Of a DNA stretch of 63,267 nucleotides, positions 1-7,823 are shown in pieces. Made by a program: the position numbers and the translations under genes. The notes under the pieces are model-generated. The model had not been told where the DNA came from. It saw nothing but the letters and a program-made list of their open reading frames with translations, and ran no database searches. Each line of letters begins with the position of its first letter. Position 1 is the stretch's first letter. Origin of the DNA: Myxococcales bacterium (lineage in GTDB: Bacteria > Myxococcota > Myxococcia > Myxococcales > 40CM-4-68-19); contig DATDMU010000186.1 of NCBI GenBank assembly GCA_036518615.1, forward strand, positions 1 through 63,267. Reading direction: 5' to 3'.

Positions 1-390
1 GACCTGGCGCAAGAAGGCGCGCGCCGCAAGGACAGCGGGGGCCGCGTTCCCGATGCGGTACACCTCGCCGCTGGGAAAGGCGGCGACGCCGCGGGTCTGC
101 GAGAGGCCGGACCCGCCGCTCAGCTCCGGCTGGAAGTAGAGCTGCGCTCCTTGCCAGAGGCGGACGCCGAGGAAGAGGTCGGTCACGATGGAGGTGGCCG
201 ACTCGGCCTCCTTCTGCATGCTGTTGCGGCCGCTGCAGAGCGCCGGAAACGACGGATGAGCCTGGGTGGCCACCGTCATCTGGAAGTGAAGGCTGAAGCG
301 CTCGTCAGCCGGCGGCTCCGCGTCCGCCCGGGCGGTGCCAGCAGCGAGCGCGCAGGCGACGAGGCCCGGTGCCCAGCGAGCTATTCCCAC
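1..390 (-). CDS. Carbohydrate-selective porin (OprB family), N-terminal 130 codons; rest of gene lies beyond the window start
   Basis: Manual minus-strand translation from GTG 388-390. Signal peptide (M)GIARWAPGLVACALAAGTARA, then ERFSLHFQMTVATQAHPSFPALCSGRNSMQKEAESATSIVTDLFLGVRLWQGAQLYFQPELSGGSGLSQTRGVAAFPSGEVYRIG, the conserved N-terminal pattern of OprB-type porins. Absent from the ORF track because no stop lies inside the window. Confidence 0.55.
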   Translation of the reverse strand, partial: MGIARWAPGLVACALAAGTARADAEPPADERFSLHFQMTVATQAHPSFPALCSGRNSMQKEAESATSIVTDLFLGVRLWQGAQLYFQPELSGGSGLSQTRGVAAFPSGEVYRIGNAAPAVLAARAFLRQV

Positions 391-432
391 CTGTGCTTCG
401 CCCGGGCGACCGTCTGCCGTTTCATGTCCGCC

Positions 433-1509
433 CTACCCGGCGCGCTTCCGGCGCTGTCGCACGGCGGCGGCGAGGACGTCGAGCACGCGCACCGTGTCGT
501 CCCAGCCGATGCAGCCGTCGGTGATGCTCTGGCCGTACACCAGCTCCTTGCCGGCGACGAGGTCCTGCCGCCCGCCCACGAGGTGGCTCTCCACCATCAC
601 GCCCACGATGCGCGCGTCTCCCCCGGCGATCTGCCCGGCGATGTCCTCGCAGACAGGCAGCTGCCTCTCGGGCTTCTTGCTGCTGTTGGCGTGGCTCGCG
701 TCGATCATCAGCCGCTGCGGGAGCCCTGCGGCGGCGATCTGGCTGCAGGCCAGGGCGACGCTGGCGGCGTCGTAGTTCGGCGTGCGGCCACCCCGCAGGA
801 TGATGTGGCAGTCGTCGTTGCCGCGGGTGGCGACGATGGCGGAATGGCCGCCCTTGGTCACCGAGAGGAAATGGTGCGGCTGCCCCGCCGCCTTCACCGC
901 GTCGATGGCGATCTTGATGCTGCCGTCGACGCCGTTCTTGAAGCCCACCGGACACGACAGGCCCGAGGCCAGCTCGCGGTGCACCTGGCTCTCGGTGGTG
1001 CGCGCGCCGATGGCGCCCCAGGAGACCAGATCGGCGATGTACTGCGGCGTGATCATGTCCAGGTACTCGCAACCCGCGGGCAGGCCCATCTCGGCGATGT
1101 CCAGCAACAGCTCCCGCGCCAGGCGCAGGCCGCGGTTGATCTCGAAGCTGCCGTCGAGGTCCGGGTCGTTGATCAGCCCCTTCCAGCCCACGGTGGTGCG
1201 CGGCTTCTCGAAGTAGACGCGCATCACGATCTCGAGATCGGCCGCCATGCGCGCTCGTTGACCGGCCAGGCGGCCGGCATATTCCCGGGCAGCGCGCACG
1301 TCGTGGATGGAGCAGGGGCCGACGACGGCGATCAGCCGGTCGTCCAGGCCGTGGAGGATGCGGTGGATGGCCTGCCGCGCGTCGTGCACCGCCGTGGCCG
1401 CGCCGTCGCTGCAGGGGAACTCCCGGATGAGGTGGGCCGGGGGGGCCAGCTCCTTGATGGCCTGGATCCTGAGGTCGTCGGTCGCGAAAACCATGCGCCC
1501 TTTCCGCAA
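433..1509 (-). CDS. aroG: 3-deoxy-7-phosphoheptulonate (DAHP) synthase, class I (AroF/G/H type)
   Basis: The 358-aa ORF is collinear with E. coli AroG: DDLRIQAIKELAPP, GPCSIHD, IVMRVYFEKPRTTVGWKGLINDP, WGAIGARTTESQVHRELASGLSCPVGFKNG, HIILRGG, IDASHANS, GVMVESHL. Feedback isozyme (Phe/Tyr/Trp) cannot be deduced, so the symbol is generic. Start is 1509 or ATG 1494. Confidence 0.93.
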   Translation of the reverse strand: MRKGRMVFATDDLRIQAIKELAPPAHLIREFPCSDGAATAVHDARQAIHRILHGLDDRLIAVVGPCSIHDVRAAREYAGRLAGQRARMAADLEIVMRVYFEKPRTTVGWKGLINDPDLDGSFEINRGLRLARELLLDIAEMGLPAGCEYLDMITPQYIADLVSWGAIGARTTESQVHRELASGLSCPVGFKNGVDGSIKIAIDAVKAAGQPHHFLSVTKGGHSAIVATRGNDDCHIILRGGRTPNYDAASVALACSQIAAAGLPQRLMIDASHANSSKKPERQLPVCEDIAGQIAGGDARIVGVMVESHLVGGRQDLVAGKELVYGQSITDGCIGWDDTVRVLDVLAAAVRQRRKRAG

Positions 1510-1583
1510 GTGAAAGGCGGAATCTAACCCACGCCGCCGCGCCTCGCGAGCGGCCGCGCCACCCGTCAGGGCATGATGTCCCG

Positions 1584-2183
1584 ATGCATCCCTTTCCGCG
1601 CATGCGCTGGGTCGCGGCCGCCTGGCTCTGCGTCTGGGCGCCTGCGTACGCCTCGGTGTGGGGATTTTCGAACTTCCTCCGCCTCTGCGACGTCGCCGTG
1701 ATCCTCACCTGCGCGGGGCTCTGGTGGGGCAGCGCCCTCCTGCTCTCCAGCCAGGCGCTGTTCTCCATCGGCGCGGACCTCCTCTGGGACGTCGACGTCT
1801 GCTCGCGCCTGCTCCTGGGCAGGCACCTCTTCGGCGGCACCGAGTACATGTGGCAGCCGGAGTTCCCGCTCTTCGTGCGGCTGCTCTCGCTCTTCCACGT
1901 GGTCTGGCCGCTCCTGTTGGTCTGGTCGCTGCGGCGGGTCGGATACGATCGCCGCGGCCTGCCGCTGCAGGCGGCGGTCACGCTCGCCGCGCTGGTCGCC
2001 TCGCGCGCTTGCGGGCCTGCGCTCAACCTCAACTATGCCTTTCGCGATCCGCTCTGGGGAAGGCAGCTCGGGCCTCCCGCGGCGCACCTGATCGTCATCT
2101 TCGCCGGCACCGTCGCCCTGCTCTACCTGCCCACCCACCTGCTGCTCTCGCGGCTGCTCGCGCCTGCGACGCGCCGCCGTTGA
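1584..2183 (+). CDS. Integral membrane protein of unknown function
   Basis: 199-aa ORF with several hydrophobic Trp/Leu-rich helices (VAAAWLCVWAPAYASVWGF, VAVILTCAGLWWGSALLL, LLSLFHVVWPLLLVWSL, LIVIFAGTVALLYL) and GC3-rich codons. No family recognised. Alternative start is ATG 1602. Confidence 0.5.
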   Translation: MHPFPRMRWVAAAWLCVWAPAYASVWGFSNFLRLCDVAVILTCAGLWWGSALLLSSQALFSIGADLLWDVDVCSRLLLGRHLFGGTEYMWQPEFPLFVRLLSLFHVVWPLLLVWSLRRVGYDRRGLPLQAAVTLAALVASRACGPALNLNYAFRDPLWGRQLGPPAAHLIVIFAGTVALLYLPTHLLLSRLLAPATRRR

Positions 2184-2330
2184 GGCAGGCACGGCGACGG
2201 CGCAATCGGCTTCGAGTCGCAGCGTGGACGCGGGTGGTGCACATGGCCGCCGACTCGCCGGCCGGCGAATCGGTGCCCGGCGAAGTACTACCGGGCGGAT
2301 CACCCGCGAGCCCGGCTGGGAGCCGCGCCT

Positions 2331-2915
2331 TCAGGATCTGCGCGTCGCCTCGGGAATGGCGAGCATCCGCAGCATCGCCGACATCGCGCGGGTGACTCGC
2401 TTCTCGTCGCCCGTCGCCAGCAGATCGAGCAGCAGCCCGCGCATCGTCGCGAGAAGGACGGTGGCGAGGACGTCGCTTCGCGGGGTGGGCGGCATGCCGG
2501 CTCGCTCGAGCAGTTGCTTCCAGTAGCCGACGGGGTCCTCGAGCACGCCGGGATACGACTGCGGATCCCGAAGCGCGAGCGCATAGAGCTCGAAGATCAA
2601 CTTCCCCGCCGACCGTGCGTCGGGGGCAGTCAGCCGGCGCCAGTACCAACGCACGAACTGCGCGATGGTCCGTGGCCGGCGCGCGGAGGAGAACCAGGAC
2701 CGGATGCGCGCGTCCTCGCGCTCGCGGAGGCCGCCGAGAATGGCGCGCATCAGCCCCTCGCGCGATCCGAAGTGGTAGACGAGCATGCGCGCGTTGGTGC
2801 CCAGCTCCTTTGCCAGCGGCCGCAGCGACAGCTCGGCGAAGCCATGCGCGAGGACGTAATCGACGGCGCGGTCGCGCAGCCCGCGGCGGATGGACGGGTC
2901 GGGTCTTCTCGGCAC
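2331..2915 (-). CDS. TetR/AcrR family transcriptional regulator
   Basis: N-terminal HTH AVDYVLAHGFAELSLRPLAKELGTNARMLVYHFGSREGLM. GTG start at 2913-2915 with AAGGAGG 8 nt upstream on the coding strand. Confidence 0.85.
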   Translation of the reverse strand: MPRRPDPSIRRGLRDRAVDYVLAHGFAELSLRPLAKELGTNARMLVYHFGSREGLMRAILGGLREREDARIRSWFSSARRPRTIAQFVRWYWRRLTAPDARSAGKLIFELYALALRDPQSYPGVLEDPVGYWKQLLERAGMPPTPRSDVLATVLLATMRGLLLDLLATGDEKRVTRAMSAMLRMLAIPEATRRS

Positions 2916-2939
2916 CTGGCGGTCCTCCTTGCCGGTACA

Positions 2940-2955
2940 TGTAACATATGTTACA
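2940..2955. promoter_or_regulatory. Perfect 16-bp palindrome TGTAACATATGTTACA; candidate TetR operator
   Basis: Read directly from the sequence. It sits centrally in the 65-bp divergent intergenic region between the TetR start (2915) and the SnoaL-like gene start (2981). It is the only AT-rich patch locally. Confidence 0.6.
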
Positions 2956-2980
2956 CCTACGTCGCCCCGCTGGAGGCCAC

Positions 2981-3913
2981 ATGCGCTTCGTGCTCCTGCT
3001 GCTCGTCCCCACCCTGGCGGCTCCCGGTGCGCTTGCCGGCGACAAGGCCGTGGCCCGGCGGATCTTCCGGGAGATCCTCAGCGGCGGAAACTTCACCCTG
3101 GCCGGGGAGCTCTACGCGCCGGACTTCGTCAACCACGGGCGCAACCGCGACGTCGATCTCGCGACCGATCAGTCCGCCGCGCGCGAGTGGAAGAAGGCCT
3201 TTCCCGACCTGGTCGTCGAGCCGGAGGTGCTCGTCGCGGAGGGCGACGTCGTCGCCGCGGTCTGGCACGCGAGCGGCACCAACACCGGTTCGGGCAACGG
3301 CATCCCGGCGACGGGCCGCAGGATCGAAGGCCGCGGCATCACCTTCTGGCGCGTCGCGGGCGGACGCGTGCGGGAGGAATGGTCCGAGTTCAGCCAGCTG
3401 GCGCTCCTGCAGCAACTCGGACTCGTTCCGGGCGCCGGGCCGATCGAGCCGGGCAGCGCAAGGCCCCTGCGCGAGGAACGCGCCGCCGGGACCGCGTCCG
3501 AGGCCGACCGGGCGCGAAACCGCGCGCTGGTCGCCCGCGTCCTCGAGGAGACGCTCGGCAGCGGCAGGATCGCGCTCTTCGGCGCTCTCTACGCGAAGGA
3601 CTTCGTCAACCACGGGCCCACCGGCGACGGCGGCGTACAGGACGTGATGGACCAGGCCGTCGAATTGCGGAAGCTCCTCCCGGACCTGACGGTGTCGGTC
3701 ACCCGGAGCATCGCGGAGGGAAACCTCGTCGCCGTGATCTACACGGCAAGAGGGACGAGCACGGGCACGGGACATCCGGCCGCTGGAAAGCGCATCCAGC
3801 TTCGCGGCATGGCGGTGATGAGCATCGAGGGCGGACGCATTCGCGAGCAGTGGGCCGTGTTCGATCACCAGGAGCAGTTGGGAGCGCTGACGGCGCCGGA
3901 GGGCAAGCGCTGA
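2981..3913 (+). CDS. Secreted protein with two tandem SnoaL-like / ester-cyclase (NTF2-fold) domains
   Basis: ATG 2981 is preceded by GGAGG (2972-2976). Signal peptide MRFVLLLLVPTLAAPGALAG. Two homologous halves: ARRIFREILSGGN..LYAPDFVNHG..GRRIEGRGITFWRVAGGRVREEW and ARVLEETLGSGR..LYAKDFVNHG..GKRIQLRGMAVMSIEGGRIREQW. Confidence 0.75.
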   Translation: MRFVLLLLVPTLAAPGALAGDKAVARRIFREILSGGNFTLAGELYAPDFVNHGRNRDVDLATDQSAAREWKKAFPDLVVEPEVLVAEGDVVAAVWHASGTNTGSGNGIPATGRRIEGRGITFWRVAGGRVREEWSEFSQLALLQQLGLVPGAGPIEPGSARPLREERAAGTASEADRARNRALVARVLEETLGSGRIALFGALYAKDFVNHGPTGDGGVQDVMDQAVELRKLLPDLTVSVTRSIAEGNLVAVIYTARGTSTGTGHPAAGKRIQLRGMAVMSIEGGRIREQWAVFDHQEQLGALTAPEGKR

Positions 3914-4078
3914 ATCGGAACAAATTGCGGGCGCCCGCCGCAAGCGCGCAATGACTTCGCCCGCCGCCCGCGCGCTCGCTGCGGCTATCCCGGAGCACAT
4001 GGATTGCATCGTCGGGTAAACGCCCACGGAGACGACGGCGCAGATTCACAAGCCGTCCTCCCTGCGGCGGAGCGCACA

Positions 4079-6052
4079 ATGCAATCAATCCGGTTTATAG
4101 CCACTCTCCTGGCTTTCCTGCTCCCGCAGGCTTCATTCGCCGCCGTCCTCGGCCCGAAAGTCGTGCTGCCTCTCGAATGGGTCTGGAATCGAAGCAACTA
4201 TGGCGGCACCTATTACAAGGCGACCGCGTTCGTGAACGCGGCGACGGCGTCCAGCGGAACCGACTTCCTGGTGGTCTGGACGCAGTCTGCGCGCTTCGGC
4301 GTGGTCGGTCCGAACGGCGAGGCTCCCTGGCAGACGACTCCAGGCGTCTTCGCGCTGCGGATGGATTCCGCCGGAGCGATCCTCGACGCCGCCCCGCTGC
4401 TGCTCTCGGCGGACTGGTCGGGGCCGACCCTCGTTGGCGCCGGCTCCTGGGTCGCGTACGCAGAGGCCTCCGACAGCTATCTCGCGGCCTTCGGGTGCCC
4501 GGCCGGGCTTTGCGCGGCGCGCGTGAGCTCTTCCGGAGCGCTGCTCGACGCGGCGCCGATCGCCTTGCCCTCCGGCGGGACCGCGGCCGTCACCTCGGAC
4601 GGCGTGCGCCACTTCGTGCTTTCCGGGAGCCAGGTGTTCGTCGTCGCCGCCGACGGCACCTGGACCGCCTTCCCCATCGCCTTCACCCCGGGCGCGGTGG
4701 CCTCCGACGGCCTCAACCTGCTCAACGTGGCGGGGCCCGACATCACGCTCGCCGGTCCCGACGGCGTGACGCTCGCGACCGCGTCGCTGCCGGCGGGGAT
4801 CAACGGACGGTCGGTGACGTTCGATGGCAGCGGTTACACGATCCTCGGATATGGCCCGGGTCCGGACGGAGAGTCCCTGGAGGGAGAGTATCTGACCCGC
4901 GTCGATACCGGCGGAGCCGTCATCGGCACCACCTCGCGGCTGCGGACGGGATATGCCGACAACTTCTTCGACGTGTCGTTCGACGGACTCAACGCCGTCG
5001 CCGTCTGGTGCCCGACGCCGCCGGCGTACGACGGCGGACCGGTCACCATCGCGGTGCTCCAGCCCGGGGCACCCGTCGCCGACGCGCAGTTCCTCACCAC
5101 CGGAAAGGTCCTGAACCGGCTCTCCAGCACGAGCAACGCCGTCGGGACCTCCGCGATCGTGGTCGACGGGTTCGCGTACGGCGAGTCCTTCAACTCGTTC
5201 CATCCCGCCGTGCAGTTCGTCACCTCCTGGGCTCCCGTCGCGGTCAGCAAGTCCGGGGCCGGCAGCGGCACGGTGATCTCCGCGCCTGCCGGAATCGACT
5301 GCGGCCCAACCTGCACCGCCGGCTTCGCGGTGCCGGCGACGGTCACGCTGACTGCGACTGCGGACGCCGGCTCGACCTTCGAGGGCTGGAGCGGCGACTG
5401 CGCCGGCACCGACCCGGTCTGCATCGTGTCGTTCGACGCTGCCTCGTCCGTCGTCGCGACGTTCGCCGCGACCCCGCCGCCGACCTTGACCGTGCCGGAC
5501 ACCATCCACGCCATCGCGACCACGGCGCATGGAACCCCGATCGAGTTCGCGGTCTCCGCGCGCGACGGGAACGGGGGCGCATTGACCGCTGTCTGCACGC
5601 CCGCGTCGGGATCGATCTTCCCGCCTGGAATCACGAGCGTCGCCTGCACCGCGACCGACGCGGCCAACCGGAGCGCCAGCGCCTCCTTCGACGTCATGGT
5701 CACCTTCGGGTGGAGCGGCGTCCTGCGGCCGATCAGCGCCGACGGATCGTCGATCTTCAAGCTCGGGCGCAGCATCCCCGTCAAGTTCCAGCTCGCGGGC
5801 GCGAGCGCCGGCATCCCGGATCTGATCGCGACCTTGACGATCGCGAAGATCTCGGACGAGATCCAGGGAAGCGCGGACGAGTCGCTCTGGACCATCGCTT
5901 CCGACGATGGGAATTTCTTCCGCTTCGATCCGGCGTCCGGAAATTACATCTTCAACCTGTCGACCCGCGGGCTCTCGTCGGGCACCTGGGCCCTCCGGTT
6001 CGACTTCGGCGACGGCGTGAACCGCGCGGTCTCGTTCTCGCTGCGGCAATGA
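4079..6052 (+). CDS. Secreted multidomain protein: beta-rich N-terminal region, InlB B-repeat-like domain, HYR-like domain, C-terminal PxKF-type domain
   Basis: ATG 4079 gives signal peptide MQSIRFIATLLAFLLPQASFA. GSGTVISAPAGIDCGPTCTAGF..TLTATADAGSTFEGWSGDCAG..CIVSF is InlB B-repeat-like. TLTVPDTIHAIATTAHGTPIEF..VACTATDAANRSASASFDVMV is HYR-like. GRSIPVKFQL near the C-terminus is the PxKF motif. Confidence 0.7.
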   Translation: MQSIRFIATLLAFLLPQASFAAVLGPKVVLPLEWVWNRSNYGGTYYKATAFVNAATASSGTDFLVVWTQSARFGVVGPNGEAPWQTTPGVFALRMDSAGAILDAAPLLLSADWSGPTLVGAGSWVAYAEASDSYLAAFGCPAGLCAARVSSSGALLDAAPIALPSGGTAAVTSDGVRHFVLSGSQVFVVAADGTWTAFPIAFTPGAVASDGLNLLNVAGPDITLAGPDGVTLATASLPAGINGRSVTFDGSGYTILGYGPGPDGESLEGEYLTRVDTGGAVIGTTSRLRTGYADNFFDVSFDGLNAVAVWCPTPPAYDGGPVTIAVLQPGAPVADAQFLTTGKVLNRLSSTSNAVGTSAIVVDGFAYGESFNSFHPAVQFVTSWAPVAVSKSGAGSGTVISAPAGIDCGPTCTAGFAVPATVTLTATADAGSTFEGWSGDCAGTDPVCIVSFDAASSVVATFAATPPPTLTVPDTIHAIATTAHGTPIEFAVSARDGNGGALTAVCTPASGSIFPPGITSVACTATDAANRSASASFDVMVTFGWSGVLRPISADGSSIFKLGRSIPVKFQLAGASAGIPDLIATLTIAKISDEIQGSADESLWTIASDDGNFFRFDPASGNYIFNLSTRGLSSGTWALRFDFGDGVNRAVSFSLRQ

Positions 6053-6097
6053 GCAGAGGGCGGTGGCAGGAGGGATGACCGCCTCGGGCCTTCGCCC

Positions 6098-6811
6098 TCA
6101 AGCGACTCCGTCCCTCCTCATCCGCGCGAGCTGCGCGCTCTCGCTCTGCGGGTCGCGGTCGATCGCCAGGCCGTACGCATGGCGCGCGTCGTCCGGCCGG
6201 CCGAGCCGGAAGAGCACGTCGCCCCAGAGCAAGAGCGCGTCGCCGCCCTGACCGCGCCAGGGGTGCAGGGCGGCCGCGCGGAGCAGGCGCTCGGCCTGGT
6301 CCCAGTCCTCCATCGCGGCGGCCACGCGGCCGCAGACGGCGAGCGCGTTGCGGCGGCTGGAAACGCGGACCGCGACGTGCGCCCCGGCCCGCGCGCAGCG
6401 GTCGGCCGCGGCCAGATCGCCCGCGGCAATCCGGGCCACGGCGCCGGTGAAGAAGTGCTCGGCGTGGTAGCGCCGCGGCAGATCCGCAAGCTCCGCGCGG
6501 TACCAGTGATGCAGCGCCTCGTCCGCGCGCCCGGCGTGAGCGGCGATCCAGGCGCGCTGCTGCGAGAGGCCCGCCCGCGCGATGGGGAAGGCGGCGGCCA
6601 GCGGATCGAGCCCGCGCAGGCGATCCCACGCCTCCGTCCAGCGCCCCAGGTTGTATTCGGCCTCCGCGAGGTTGATCTGGACGAGCAGCGCGCTGGCGGT
6701 GTCCGCATCGCGCGGCGCGAAGGCGCGCGGAAGCTCGAGCGCGCCGCGATAGTCGCCGCGGGCAACCCGCGCGTCCACCGCCGCGTTCAGGGTCTCGAGC
6801 GAATGCGCCAC
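6098..6811 (-). CDS. TPR-like repeat protein
   Basis: Only the C-terminal ~237 codons of the 563-aa track ORF look protein-like (helical repeats: GDYRGALELPRAF.., AEAEYNLGRWTEAWDRL, AMEDWDQAERLLRAAA, LFRLGRPDDARHAYGLAIDRDP). The proposed GTG start at 6809-6811 overlaps the ChaN stop. The start is uncertain. Confidence 0.5.
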   Translation of the reverse strand: MAHSLETLNAAVDARVARGDYRGALELPRAFAPRDADTASALLVQINLAEAEYNLGRWTEAWDRLRGLDPLAAAFPIARAGLSQQRAWIAAHAGRADEALHHWYRAELADLPRRYHAEHFFTGAVARIAAGDLAAADRCARAGAHVAVRVSSRRNALAVCGRVAAAMEDWDQAERLLRAAALHPWRGQGGDALLLWGDVLFRLGRPDDARHAYGLAIDRDPQSESAQLARMRRDGVA

Positions 6812-7806
6812 GGCCAGCGATTGTCCGTCTCGCGCGCCGCATCCGCAACCGGCGCCTGACCCGCCGACGCGAGCTCCCGCGCGGCGGTCTGGCGGCGCTT
6901 CTTCATCCGCTTCTCGAACGCCTTGCACGGGTCCTCGCGCTGCGCCGCGGGCGTGAACACCGCGAAGTCGAAGGGCATGCGCGAGGCGCCGAATTCCGCC
7001 GCGAGACCTTCCGGCGACTGCATCCCCGGCGAGACCTCGATGAACGCCACGCTGAGAATCCGCCGACCGGGCGCGAGCCGGCCGAGATGCACCGGCACGC
7101 CGCGATCGGTGCGCGCGTGACCGGAGCCCGCGACGAGGATGGCGCCCTCCGCCGATGCGGCGGTGCGGATGGCAAGCTGCGCGTCGCGCGCGTGCTGCGC
7201 CAGCACCATCGGCGCGAGCAGCGTCTCGGGGAGCTGCCCGCAGTGCTGCGCCCGCATCTCCGCCCGCTCCGCCTCCGCCACCTCCGCGGCAGGCTCGGGC
7301 TGGCGCTCGAGGAGCGCGGCGACGTCCGGCGGGACCTTCGCCGCTCCTTCCCGCACGATGGCGTTCATCTGCGCCTTGGTGAAGTTGCCGGCGACGATGG
7401 GCAACCCCGCGGCGAGCGCGGCCTCGAAGACGGGGCGGTAGAGGGAGAAGTCCGGCCAGCCGCCGTGCGACCAGTCCACCGCTTCCGCGATGCCTTCCGG
7501 CGTCCGCGGCGCGGCGTCCACCTTTGCCTGCTGGCTGACGTCGAGCATCTCGAAGACGACCGCGGGCCTCTTGCCCTGCGCGGCGATGCGCACCAGCCGC
7601 GCCTCCAGCGCGTGGTGATCGGGGTTGTCGTGCGTCTCGCCGAGCAGCACGAAGTCGGCGGAGCGCACGGCCGCGTCCAGCGCCTCGTCGCCGACGAACG
7701 AGGTCCCGTTCCAGATCCTGCCGACCAATGGGTTTTCCCGGTAGAGCGGCGAGCGCCACGGGCTCGAGGCGCACGCCAGCGCCGCGCAAAGGGCTGCGAC
7801 CCGCAT
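6787..7806 (-). CDS. ChaN-family (Cofac_haem_bdg-like) lipoprotein
   Basis: Signal/lipobox MRVAALCAALACASS. Family motifs FVLLGETHDNPDHH, VVFEM, AGNF, SGHARTDRGVP. The track start (GTG 7827) would overlap the upstream NHL gene stop by 4 nt. ATG 7806 gives the lipoprotein signal. Confidence 0.75.
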   Translation of the reverse strand: MRVAALCAALACASSPWRSPLYRENPLVGRIWNGTSFVGDEALDAAVRSADFVLLGETHDNPDHHALEARLVRIAAQGKRPAVVFEMLDVSQQAKVDAAPRTPEGIAEAVDWSHGGWPDFSLYRPVFEAALAAGLPIVAGNFTKAQMNAIVREGAAKVPPDVAALLERQPEPAAEVAEAERAEMRAQHCGQLPETLLAPMVLAQHARDAQLAIRTAASAEGAILVAGSGHARTDRGVPVHLGRLAPGRRILSVAFIEVSPGMQSPEGLAAEFGASRMPFDFAVFTPAAQREDPCKAFEKRMKKRRQTAARELASAGQAPVADAARETDNRWPWRIRSRP

Positions 7807-7823
7807 CAGGCGACGGCTCGGGG

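Noticed and set aside
151-2032. 458-aa plus-strand and 536-aa minus-strand ORFs at the window start
   Set aside because: They overlap the DAHP synthase frame, which is near-collinear with E. coli AroG. Both are low-complexity.
6812-7789. N-terminal two thirds of the 563-aa ORF 6098..7789
   Set aside because: This part is Arg/Gly/Ala-rich and overlaps the ChaN-family frame, which has the GETHDNPDHH motif. Only the TPR-like C-terminal part was kept.
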